Below, piece after piece: positions 10,601 to 20,673 of a stretch of DNA of 64,000 bases; the stretch's first letter is position 1, and each line of letters begins with the position of its first letter. Origin of the DNA: Ostreococcus lucimarinus (Eukaryota). The stretch lies in assembly GCA_000092065.1 (NCBI GenBank), contig CP000583.1. The stretch is one strand, 5' to 3'. Below the pieces are notes generated by a model. That model saw nothing but the letters and a program-made list of their open reading frames with translations, searched no databases and was not told the DNA's origin. The translations under genes and the position numbers were made by a program.

Positions 10601-11363
10601 ATTCAGACACGTGCGCACGCGGCTTTATTTCACCTCTGAATCTCACTTGCATTCGCTCATCAATGTACTTCAGTACGCGCACCTGGACAAGCCTCGAGAA
10701 GATCGCGAGCGAGGTCGCTCTCCGTATCACACCGAACATAGCGAAAGCGACGTCGATGCAAAGGGTCCGACGAAACGCACTTCTACGAAGGGAAGCTCGC
10801 GCGCGAGCAGGGTACCGCCCGGTTTGCCGCTAGGGAGCCCGAAAAAGGAAGAGGATGCTACCAGCGCAAACTCAAGCGTGAGTGCTACGAATGAAACCGT
10901 CAGGCCTTCGCTCATCGACGATGCCTTGGGAGCGTTGTTTAAGCGCGAGAAGGAGCTCGATTATCTTACCCACATCGTGTTTAGAATGTTCGAACGTTTC
11001 CATGTTCCTCCGTCAGATCCTCGACGCTTTCGGATTGAAATTTTGTTCTCCAACGGCGTCAGTTTACACCCGTTTAAGACCAATGCCATCGAACTTTTCG
11101 ACAGCAGCGCTAGGAACGGTGTAGCAGATGAAGACGAGGAGATGATATCTGATGATTTGCTCAAAGAAATACAGATTCAAAACGATAAAATCATGCCTGG
11201 ACAGGATTATCTCACTCTTAGCACCATGGAAGAGTACTTGGTAAACTACAATCGACGCTGGAACAAGGGAGGGGATTCAGCCGATGGCACGCCCGGGAAA
11301 GGCGCGAGGAGCTCGAGTGTTGGCAGCGAGCGAATCAGGGCGGGAAAGAACCTCTTTACTTGA
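7629..11363 (+). CDS. VIP1: Inositol hexakisphosphate / diphosphoinositol-pentakisphosphate kinase (PPIP5K/VIP1)
   Basis: ATG at 7629; 1244 aa. N-terminal ATP-grasp kinase ('[20 protein letters not shown]', '[25 protein letters not shown]'). Followed by a histidine-acid-phosphatase domain with '[10 protein letters not shown]' and '[18 protein letters not shown]'. Confidence 0.95.
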   Translation: [1244 protein letters not shown]

Positions 11364-11509
11364 GCGTGCAGTAGCAACATAGCCAATATTGTTTAAAACG
11401 CTAAATAAATCAAATGTGGAGATAGGCAAAAGCAGGGGAAAGGCGATCAGCTTTAATTGGAACCTCGCTTCGCAGCGACGTTTCAAAACGAGTCGTCATA
11501 ATTTATAAT

Positions 11510-12994
11510 TTAATCACCGTTCTCCCACACGAGCATGGTGCGCTTGCCGACCATGACATCGACGAGTTGTCCAAGACGCGTGAACACGGACTCTTGCACG
11601 TAGGGGACACCATACTTCTCGCACACAGCCTTGACGCGCGGCTGCATGTTTTGGTACGCGCGCATGGACATGTCCGGGAACATGTGGTGCTCGATTTGGT
11701 AGTTCAACCAGCCGTGCATGAAATCGTTCGCATCGCCGCCAGTCTTGAAGTTCGCGGAGCCGATCACCGCGCGGAGGTAGAAATCATCCGAACGAGGCTT
11801 CGTTTCCGTCTCGAATCGGTAGATGTCGTCGCCGACGTGGTTGGTGGCGATGATGATGAACGAGTGAACGTTCGTCATAACGTCCGCGAGGACGGAAGTC
11901 ATGAACCAGGCGAGCGCAGCCTTCGGGCCGCCGATGGCGTAGCCAATCGCCGGCAGTGCGGCGAAAGACCAGAGCGCGTATGGAGCGAAGCACTTGATGG
12001 TTTCAGACACAGCAGCAAACTCGCCCTTGAACGCGCCTTGAGCGACCGTGAGAACGGTTGACGGAAGGCTGCCAGTCTTGAACGGGTTTGGCTTGGAGTT
12101 ACCAGCCTTGGCGGCTTCACGCTCCTTACGCGCGAGAAGTTCCTTCAACGTGTTCGGCGCGTAGTAAAACCACTTCCAGACGAGCGCGAGACCAGCGACT
12201 TGGAGATAACGCGACACCATCGGGGTGTTACCTTCGCGGAGCTCTTGCATGTTGCGCTCAACGAGATCCGGATCCGCATCTTCGCCGAGTTGATAATGGT
12301 GCAAGTGGTTGTGTTCTACGTCCCACGCCTCTGGGAGCATCCAATCCATCCAATCGGTGCATCGTCGCCACAAACCGCGCGCAAACTTTCTGCGGTGGAA
12401 TCGACCAGTGACTTCCCCGTTCGTGCTCTGCGCCGCGTTGTAACCACCGTGGCACGTGTGGTGACCGACCATAGTCCATCTCGCGCAAATCGCAGTCGAC
12501 ATCATGAACGCCGCGATCGGATTCATCCCGTTCAACCAAGCCGGCATGTTCAAACCCACCATCGGCATCGCCGTCAGCGCCGCCAACCCGCCAAAGTAGC
12601 ACAGGTTCGCCCACGTCAAAATCTTCTTCAAGTGCTTCACATCCTCCTCGAAGTGTTCCGGCGCCTTGAATTCCTTCTCTATCGCGCGCATTTCCGCCGC
12701 CCATCCCGCGAGATCGAGGTTCTCACGCCACTTCCCCGTCTCGTTGTACGTCATCGTCGTCATCGTCGCCAGAGAGTCAGAGCCGCTCGCCGCGCCGTCG
12801 ATCGCGATCGCCTTGTTCGCGCACGCATTCGCCCCGCGGTTCACGTCCCGCGTCGCGTTCGCGGAGATCGCACCAGCGCGCGCGATCGCGCGCGGCGTTT
12901 GCGCGACGCGTTGACGCGTCGTCGTCGCGCGCGCGCCGTTCGCGCGCGCCGCGGTCGGGCGCGCCGTCAACGTTCGCATCGCGAACGCGCTCAT
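11510..12994 (-). CDS. Membrane fatty-acid desaturase, front-end (DesD-like) type without fused cytochrome b5; plastid-type presequence
   Basis: The track start at 13201 is GTG. The first ATG is at 12994 ('MSAFAMRTLTARPTAARANGARATTTRQ', transit-like), giving 494 aa. His boxes 'HHTCHGG', 'HNHLHHY' and Gln-type third box 'NYQIEHHMFP'. No HPGG heme motif anywhere in the ORF. Confidence 0.8.
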   Translation of the reverse strand: MSAFAMRTLTARPTAARANGARATTTRQRVAQTPRAIARAGAISANATRDVNRGANACANKAIAIDGAASGSDSLATMTTMTYNETGKWRENLDLAGWAAEMRAIEKEFKAPEHFEEDVKHLKKILTWANLCYFGGLAALTAMPMVGLNMPAWLNGMNPIAAFMMSTAICARWTMVGHHTCHGGYNAAQSTNGEVTGRFHRRKFARGLWRRCTDWMDWMLPEAWDVEHNHLHHYQLGEDADPDLVERNMQELREGNTPMVSRYLQVAGLALVWKWFYYAPNTLKELLARKEREAAKAGNSKPNPFKTGSLPSTVLTVAQGAFKGEFAAVSETIKCFAPYALWSFAALPAIGYAIGGPKAALAWFMTSVLADVMTNVHSFIIIATNHVGDDIYRFETETKPRSDDFYLRAVIGSANFKTGGDANDFMHGWLNYQIEHHMFPDMSMRAYQNMQPRVKAVCEKYGVPYVQESVFTRLGQLVDVMVGKRTMLVWENGD

Positions 12995-13570
12995 CGTCGT
13001 CTGTGCGGCGTTCGAGATCGAACGTGCGATCGCGGGCGTTGACGAAGGCGTCTTCGTCGTCGGCTTCGCGCGCGGGCGTCGGTCGGACGCGTCGCTGTGC
13101 CGCGCGAGCGTCGGCGGCGGGGCGCCAATCTTATCTCGGCGCGCGCGTGACGTCGTCGTCGTTCGATTTAATGGGTAGTCGGTGTGTTCGTATGCGTGCA
13201 CGCGGGCACTGTTTTTTTTCGGACATACGGGTCAGTCATTATCAGTTGTGTGCTGTTTATGTAAATACCCGGAATCGACGTCATTGGGTATAAGTCCGAA
13301 TGTCCGATTTTGCGGCTGAGGACGGAGTGATGGATGTAAATTTGAACCGATGGTGATGAAACTCCGCGAAATCACGCGTAATCAACGGTCGAAAATGGCT
13401 AGACGCCGCGCGCGCGGGCGCGCCGTGTCGGTCCGGCCGCAAAGATATGATTCAAAGTCTCGGTCGGTCGCGCGGCGGAGAGCGCGGGGAGGAAGTCTGG
13501 CTCGCGCGCGCGAAGGATCGCGCGCGAGAAAACTGTTTGCTTGTAAATAATCGTGGTGGTGATGATATTA

Positions 13571-14944
13571 TTATTCTTCAAACTCGGCGAAGAACGCGAT
13601 TGTGGATGTCAAGGCGTCGATGAAGGCGTCGACGTCGCTCGGGAGGTTGTAAAAGTAGAGGCTGGCGCGAGCGCTCCCGGGAACGTCGAGGTAACGGTGG
13701 AGGGGCTGAGTGCAGTGGTGACCGCTGCGACACGCGATTCCCGCTTGGTCTAGTAAGGTGCAAAGGTCGTTGGCGTGAATGCCGTCGACGTTGAAAGCGC
13801 AAAGCGAGGCTCGGCCGCGCGCGGGCGGAGGGCCGTATATCGTCACTCCAGGGACGGCGGAGAGCTTTTCGTACAGGTACGTCCCGATCTCGATCTCGTA
13901 GTCGTGGATTCTATCCATGCCTATTTTTGTGAGGTAGTCGCACGCCTCGCCCAAGGCAATGGCCTCAGCTATCGCGGGCGTCCCAGCCTCGAACCGTGAC
14001 GGAGGTTCGGCGTACGTGCTCTTTTCGAGGTACACGTCGGCGATCATCTCGCCGCCTCCCATCCACGGCGGCATGGTCTCTAAGACGTCCATACGACCCC
14101 ACAAAAATCCGATACCAGTCGGTCCGCACATTTTGTGCGAGCTACCCACGATCCAATCCGCACCGAGCGCTTGCACGTCCACCTTCATGTGCGGCAAGCT
14201 TTGGCACGCGTCGAGAAGCACCTTGGCGCCGACGCCTCGAGCGAGATCGATAATTTCCTTCACTGGTGCCACACCACCGGTGACATTACTCACGTGCGCC
14301 GTCGTGATGAGCCTCGTCTTTTCGTTCACCAAAGAGCGAAGCTGATCCATGTCCAGTTCCTGCGTATCCTTCGTCAATTCAACGAATTTCAACACGCACC
14401 CCGTCCGCTCAGCGAGCAGTTGCCACGGGACGATATTTGAGTGGTGCTCTAAAACGCTCAAAATTATCTCGTCACCGGCTTTGATGTGCTTGGTCCCCCA
14501 CGTGTTGGCCACCAGATTGATCGCCTCGCTCGCGTTTCTCGTGAAGACGATTTCCCTATCCGTCGTCGCGTTGACAAACGCCGCCACCTTTCTCCGCGAC
14601 AACTCGTACGCATCCGTGGCCTTGCTGCTCAGATAGTGCACCCCTCGATGGACATTGGAGTTATAATCCTTGTAGTAAAACATGTGCGCGTCGACGACTT
14701 GATTCGGCTTCTGGGACGTCGCCGCGTTGTCCAGATACACCAGCTGGGCGCCTGACTCTGTCTTTTGGTCGAGAATCGGAAAGTCTCCTCGTGTTTCCTC
14801 CCCCAGCGTCGACGTCGGCGCTTTCACCGCCGTCGCCGACGACGCAGCGCGTCGAACGCTCGCCGTCCGTTGCGTCGGCGAGACGCGGCGTCGCGGAGAC
14901 GACGTGGACGCGAACGCGGCGCGCGTGACGCCGGCCGCCGACAT
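13571..14944 (-). CDS. sufS: Cysteine desulfurase, SufS/NifS group II (plastid Fe-S assembly)
   Basis: ATG at 14944; 457 aa. '[12 protein letters not shown]', PLP-Lys region '[16 protein letters not shown]', active-site Cys '[10 protein letters not shown]'. Ser/Arg/Thr-rich presequence. Confidence 0.95.
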   Translation of the reverse strand: MSAAGVTRAAFASTSSPRRRVSPTQRTASVRRAASSATAVKAPTSTLGEETRGDFPILDQKTESGAQLVYLDNAATSQKPNQVVDAHMFYYKDYNSNVHRGVHYLSSKATDAYELSRRKVAAFVNATTDREIVFTRNASEAINLVANTWGTKHIKAGDEIILSVLEHHSNIVPWQLLAERTGCVLKFVELTKDTQELDMDQLRSLVNEKTRLITTAHVSNVTGGVAPVKEIIDLARGVGAKVLLDACQSLPHMKVDVQALGADWIVGSSHKMCGPTGIGFLWGRMDVLETMPPWMGGGEMIADVYLEKSTYAEPPSRFEAGTPAIAEAIALGEACDYLTKIGMDRIHDYEIEIGTYLYEKLSAVPGVTIYGPPPARGRASLCAFNVDGIHANDLCTLLDQAGIACRSGHHCTQPLHRYLDVPGSARASLYFYNLPSDVDAFIDALTSTIAFFAEFEE

Positions 14945-15221
14945 GGGTGACGTCTTCGATTACGCGCTCGGTTCGCGCCTCGTGCGCGCGCTCGTGCCGA
15001 TGATGACTCGCGGGCGGGCGGGCGATCGGCGGTAACGCGTGCCGACCCGCGGTTTCGCGACGCACCGACGAGCGAACGCTGAGGTGTGCGGTGGGCGACG
15101 AAGAGAAGAACGTTTCTGAAGGGTGGCGACGCCGCACCCGAGTGGGTCTCGGATACAATGTTTTCGTCGAGAACGCGGGCTAAGACGCTCTGATGCGTCG
15201 TGAATCGTGAACCATGTGCGA

Positions 15222-18200
15222 TTATCGTGCGATGTCGGATTTTTCCATGTACTGGTACCCGGTGGGCAAGTCGCGATTGACCTTGTCCGCCTCGGGGGAC
15301 GTCAGGAGGGCGTCGCGAGGGAGCGCTCCGCCACGCAACGCACCGGTGTTTCGGGCTTGACCGCGCTGACCCGGTAGAAGATCGTCAAAGTTTTCTTCGG
15401 AATCGAACCCTGCGAGCGAAGAACCAGGGACACTACCAGGAAGCCTGTTGGCTTGTTGAAGATTGCTTCGAGTTTTCTTCGTCTTCGCCTTGGCGCTCGA
15501 CGGGAGTCCGCCAAAGGCGGCTCGCTTTTGTGTGTCTTTCGCGCGCATCGTCTCCCGGATCCGACGCATGGCTCCGTTCATTGGCGACACTCCGGTTGTA
15601 CCACCAGATAACGTGCGCTGCAAACCTCCAGATAGCTGTCTCTCTAACGGCGACTGATTGTACATTTCAACGAGCGCTGGAACAGGGTCTCCCACAAGGT
15701 TGACTGCGAGATCCTTTTCGCGTTCAGAACGCGAATGTTTCTCGCAAAAAGCAGTGAATCTTTTCTTGGAGTGGTCGACTGCGCGCATATGACACGCTGC
15801 TCGTCGGCAGCAGAGTGGATGAAAGACGGTTTGACAGTGCCCAAAGCAACAACGCATGAGCGTTCCATGCGAACGCGTACAGTATGTGCAAGACGCGTTG
15901 CGGCGCTCGCGAGGCACGTCCTCGATATTCACAGGTCTGATCACCGCTACGTGATTCATGATCCTATCGAACAAGTGCGCCTCGGGGACCCATTTCGCGC
16001 ACGCGACGTGACACCACTGGTTCCCGGTCAGCGTCTTCTTGAAGGCGCCCATTTTCACCGGGCAAAGCGTGCACTCCACTCCGCGGTAAAGAGCCAACTT
16101 GCCTTGTAACGTTATGCGCGACTTCTTTGAAGTCTTTGGAATTGCAGTGCCTGCTAACACGGCTGCATTGCACACAAAACACAACCACTTGGGATCCTTG
16201 ACATAAGCGTCACCCGTGATTCCGTAACAGTGCGGGTGCACGATAAGTTCACACTGCGAACACTTCATTGTTTCTTCCATCTTCTCCGCTTCTTCAGTCC
16301 CAGCACAGACACAGCAAGCTTTGTTATCGGACACGGCATGGAACGGATCCAGAAGAATCGATGACATCGGTGAACGAATCGGAGACGCTCCAAGAACAGG
16401 GGATCCGCTTCGAGGCGTGCCAGACAGGCTAAAAGACTTGAGGTGACTCGATGTGGTGGGGTCGAAGTTCGCGAGACCGAACATTTTTTTCACCCGACTT
16501 GGTGCCGCTTCTATTGCTTTCATCACCGCTTGGGTAGTCGGGGGCTTGTATGTTGGTATCAGGCTCTTCGGGTCGGGTGCCACTATTGCGGCTGAACCCA
16601 TCTCGCGTTTCGGTTTTGATTCGCGTCGCCCATCACCCACTGCTGCTTTGGCTCGCTCCAGTGCTGCCAGCTGGTCCGCTTCGCGCTTCTCTTTCTTCTG
16701 TTGACGTTTGACCTCTCTGATTCCCGACATGTACGTCGCGGCCTCATCGAGCTTTGCCTTGCGCTTTGCTTGTTCGTCGTTGTCCGACTCGATTCCGCTA
16801 GCTATTTTCTCTTGTGCCCTCTTGAGTTTCTGCCTGTTCGACTGTAGTTGCCAAAGAAGTTCATATTGAAGCGCAAGAATCTCTGCTTCTACTTCGTCTT
16901 TTGGAGCGCACGCCAAGAGCGTCGGGTTCGAACGCCAAGCGTCTTCAATTCGTTGCAACTCATCCTTTGCCGATGGACCGCCTTGTACACGGTTGGCGCG
17001 AGACGGCGCCCCAGGTAGTTGCAAATCTTTCGACTCGCCACTTTTCTTGAGACAATTCACGCTTCCTTCACTTGTACCGCATTTGCTCGACAACGTTTTC
17101 AATCTCACGCACACCGCGCATGGTTGAGATCCCCCCGAGCAACCTTGCTTGGGACCACTGGGAGTCTGTGAGGTAGACTCTTTGAGCCTGAACGCCTTGT
17201 CGAGCAAAATTTCCGTGTGAATGGCCATCGTCTCTTCTGTACAGCCTTGCTCAAAATGTTTCAGCTCTCCATCGATCCCAAATGCCGTTGTGCATTCGTA
17301 TCCGGTCTTTTCTCGCACATCCATATCCTTGTCACCGCCCAATTCTTCGTGCTCATCCCGAACGGGGTCGTTACCCACGACGGTCGTTCCCGCGCTGGAC
17401 GGTGAGTCGTCGATCCCTTGGCCGCCACTTAACGCTTGCTCGCTCGTAGTCGTCATATTTGTGAGGTTTGAAGGTACGTTAACGAGCCCGTAAGACGCTG
17501 CCATGTCTAGATTTTGCTCTGGGAAAATCATGTTTTTATCCAACTTTTTCTTCGCCTTGGTCGCCTCTTCTCGACGAGCATCTTGACGCGTATTCACGTG
17601 CGAAGCGCTCTCGTGACGAAGCCACATACGAAGGCACGACAACAGTTCGTCGGTGTCCGAGTTTTCACTCTTTATTTCGATCCCATTCTTGCTGCGTTTG
17701 CTATTGGTCTTGTTTTCGTACTTTCCAAGCCAGGCCTTCAACGCCGCGAGCGTTACTCTTGAAAATTTCGCAATCTCACGCATTTTTTCGCTCTCATCCC
17801 CCACTAAACTAACTAAAACTCTAATCGTCATCGCGACGTGTTCTGGTGGTAGATTCTGTACCAAATCGATCCCCTGTTCGTGTTCCTGCAACGGCGGTAT
17901 GACGAAGGGTTGCGTAGGTACGGCTGGAATAGTCCCGACAATGTGGTTCTTCTCCTCAAGTTTAATCGGCGAAGTCGGTGCCGATGTCGATGCGTGACTC
18001 TGATCTCCTTTTCTTCGGTACGTCAAACCGGGAATGGGAATTCCAATCTTGTCCTCTCCGACTTCATAATCCGGACCGACGCACGTAGTGTTCAGCGCGC
18101 TGTCAAACGTCCAAGGAGTGGCGGGCGCGATCCGAGCCAAGTCCGTCGCGTGAACCGGTCGAAAGAAATCTTCTGCATATCTCCACCAGGGCGCAACCTT

Positions 18201-18577
18201 CCGCGCCTCTTTTTCCTCCTCTACCCCGAGTCCGAACGTGCGTTTTCTCTGCGTACGATGAAAGTCTCGTCAGTCGCCCGTTCTACGAGCCCAAATATTT
18301 CTCCTGATTCGCGCGATCATTTCTCAATCCTCTATCACCACGGCGCTAGTCGTAAGGAACATACCGTCGAAGCCTTAGCCGCTGCCTTTTTCTCAATCTC
18401 ATCCAAGCTCACCGCCTCTGACACCGTGTACGGCGACCGCAGCCTCGGCGCACCGGGGCAACTCTTCGGCAGCAATGCGGCGACGTTCTTGAGATCTTTC
18501 TCCAGTCTGTCGATCGCATCCCTCACGGGTACACCATCCAAGGCTTTGAAGTCCCTCCCAGACGCGTTGGCGGGCAT
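15222..18577 (-). CDS. PHD / extended-PHD zinc-finger chromatin protein; 2 exons: 18577-18365, 18248-15222
   Basis: PHD 'CCVCAGTEE...CSQCELIVHPHCYG', Zn-knuckle 'CTLCPVKMGAFKK...WCHVACAKW', and second PHD 'CTYCTRSHGTLMRCCFGHCQTVFHPLCC' (BRPF/JADE/AF10-like arrangement). The track start at 18140 is TTG, and the frame stays open upstream to 18248. The separate 80-aa ORF (ATG 18577) ends in a strong donor and joins in phase 0. Combined length 1079 aa. Confidence 0.75.
18249..18364 (-). other. Spliceosomal intron (PHD gene, 116 nt, GT-AG)
   Basis: Donor 'acg|gtatgttcc', acceptor 'cgtacgcag|agaaaacgc'. Both flanks are open and in the same phase. No homology support for the junction itself. Confidence 0.6.
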
Positions 18578-18860
18578 GACTGCGACGTCACGTGTCGTTT
18601 TCTGTCCCGTCGCGCGTTCGTTCGACGATCCCCGTCGCCCCTTTTACGCCCTCGCGCGACGCCTCCTCGATATCGATCGCCGCGCGCGCGCGACGAACAA
18701 TCTCGATCACTTTCGCGTCGAACGTTCGCGAGCGGCGAGCGCGCGCGCGTCGCGATCGCCCGCGCGGCGCGACGTGTGGGATGAATGCGCGTCCCACGCG
18801 CGTCCCACACGTCCCTCGTCCAGCCTGCGCCGTCGGACCTCGATGCCGCGATCGATCGCG

Positions 18861-19170
18861 ACCAAACTCGATCGACGCGTCTCTCGATGGACGAAAGTCG
18901 GTTCATTCGATCGATCGATCGATCGATCGATCGATCGATCTACACACGCGTCTCTCGATCGACGGAAGTGGGTTCAATCAATCGATCGATCGATCTACAC
19001 GTCTGTCGATCGACGTCGATCGATGTTTCGTCGACGCGAGTAGGTTCAATCGATCGATCGATCTACGCGTGCGTCGATCGACTTTCTAGATGGTTCAGAC
19101 GGTTCACGCAAAAAACGCCGATCGATCGAACCCGATCGACGAGATTCGCATTTCGATCCCATGATCGATC
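18861..19170. repeat. (GATC)n palindromic microsatellite embedded in about 3-4 degenerate 45-70-bp tandem units
   Basis: The longest run of tcga/gatc is about 34 nt at 18907-18940. Units each begin with 'GTTCA(T/A)TC(A)ATCGATCGATC...TAC(A)C' at 18901, 18971 and 19043. Further 'cgatcgatcg' islands extend to about 19200. The region lies in the divergent spacer between the PHD gene (ATG 18577) and the IPT gene (ATG 19279). Confidence 0.85.
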
Positions 19171-19278
19171 GACTCGCTGAGCTTCGCGTGCGATCGATCG
19201 CGAAACCGCGCGACATCGCTCCCCTGGCGACCGGCTGCGCGGCACTTTCGCGCGCGCCGCGCGCGCGAGTCACCGCGA

Positions 19279-20601
19279 ATGCCGTCGCCACCGCGCGTGA
19301 TCGTGATCGTTGGTCCCACGGGGTCGGGAAAGTCCCGATTGGCCGTAGAACTTGCCCGCGCGCTCGGGGGAGACGTCATCAATGCGGACGCGTTGCAATT
19401 TCACGACTCGCTGCCAATCTGTACGGCGCGCGTTCGAGAAGATGAAATGGAAGGCGTGCGACATCATCTAGTTGGGTGCGTGAAATACGGTGAATACTTC
19501 GATGTGCGCGCGTTTCGAGCGCGCGCGGGATCGATCGTGCGCGAGTGCGTGGGTGAAGGGAGGTCGGTAATTGTGGTGGGCGGGAGCAACTACTACGCTC
19601 AAGCGCTCGTGTCCGACTCGCTGATGGATGTCAGAGATAGAGAAGAAGAAGAATGTATCAGTGATAAGAGTTTTATCGATGACATAGGACCGAATGGTGG
19701 ACGCCGAACGGCTGCCGAAGATGGAACGGTTGGCGTTGACGCGTCGACGGCGTACGCTCGGCTCGCCGAGGTTGATCCTGAGAGCGCTCAGAGACTTCAC
19801 CCGAACGATATCCGACGTGTTCGCCGGTATTTGGAAATCTTTGATACCACTGGTGAACGTCCGAGCGATGTATTCAAGCGAGAGCGCACTATGAAGAAGT
19901 TTGTGAGCCAATTTGACGTACTCGGTTGCCGGACCATCTTCATCGCGTTGAAATGTGACTCGAAAGTTCTTGACGAGATTCTTCGAGCGAGAGTCCTGTC
20001 CATGGTTGAAAACGGGTTGGTCGATGAACTGGAGCAGTTTGCGCGCTGTCATGGCGTTGAATCTCCGGACGGTGCTCGGGGAGACGTCCGTCAGGCGATC
20101 GGTTACGCGGAGTGGATGCCATACTTGCAAGCCAAAGTTAAAATGGACTCGACGCCTTGTGTCGACAGCGAACTCGCATCAATGCGTGATGAAGCCATCG
20201 AGGCGACTGTACGGCACACTTGTCGTCTATCACGACGTCAACAGTCACGTTTGACGACCTTTGCGAAGCAATACGGTTGGCCCGTGAGATTCGTCGATGT
20301 ATCGGATTCGTTGAGTAAGTTCTGTTCGGAGCGCGCCGCCTTCAAAGATAGCTGGTACGCGAATGTCGTTCATCGTGCCCTAGAACTGTGCGAACATGAA
20401 GACGTCGTCGAATTAGACTCAGGAAACAGCTCAAAACAGGTCGCTGTGCACACGTGCGAGGCGTGTGGGAAAACGTTGCGAGGCGAAATCGAGTGGCGAG
20501 CCCACCTGAATGGCAGGCGCCACCGAAAGGCTTCTGCCAATGCGAGGAAACGCCAGAGACTTGAGTTTGGGACAAAACATCCAAGGTTAGGTAGACAATA
20601 G
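19279..20601 (+). CDS. tRNA dimethylallyl(isopentenyl)transferase (i6A37; MiaA/Mod5/TRIT1 type)
   Basis: ATG at 19279; 440 aa. P-loop 'IVIVGPTGSGKSRLAVELA', then 'VINADALQF', 'RRVRRYLEI'. Eukaryote-type C-terminal matrin/U1-like zinc finger 'HTCEACGKTLRGEIEWRAHLNGRRHRK'. Confidence 0.9.
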   Translation: MPSPPRVIVIVGPTGSGKSRLAVELARALGGDVINADALQFHDSLPICTARVREDEMEGVRHHLVGCVKYGEYFDVRAFRARAGSIVRECVGEGRSVIVVGGSNYYAQALVSDSLMDVRDREEEECISDKSFIDDIGPNGGRRTAAEDGTVGVDASTAYARLAEVDPESAQRLHPNDIRRVRRYLEIFDTTGERPSDVFKRERTMKKFVSQFDVLGCRTIFIALKCDSKVLDEILRARVLSMVENGLVDELEQFARCHGVESPDGARGDVRQAIGYAEWMPYLQAKVKMDSTPCVDSELASMRDEAIEATVRHTCRLSRRQQSRLTTFAKQYGWPVRFVDVSDSLSKFCSERAAFKDSWYANVVHRALELCEHEDVVELDSGNSSKQVAVHTCEACGKTLRGEIEWRAHLNGRRHRKASANARKRQRLEFGTKHPRLGRQ

Positions 20602-20673
20602 CGTTATAGATCATTAGAAGGATAGGCAAAATTGTTTTACAAACGCGTGTTGAACCGTAAATCGATTGAGGTT

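Noticed and set aside
13340-13562. Possible C/D-box snoRNA ('gtgatga' at about 13352 and about 13556) and a 66-aa basic ORF (13350..13550) in the AT-richer desaturase/SufS spacer.
   Set aside because: There is no properly spaced CTGA D box or terminal stem. The ORF is Arg-rich with no motif. Evidence is insufficient.
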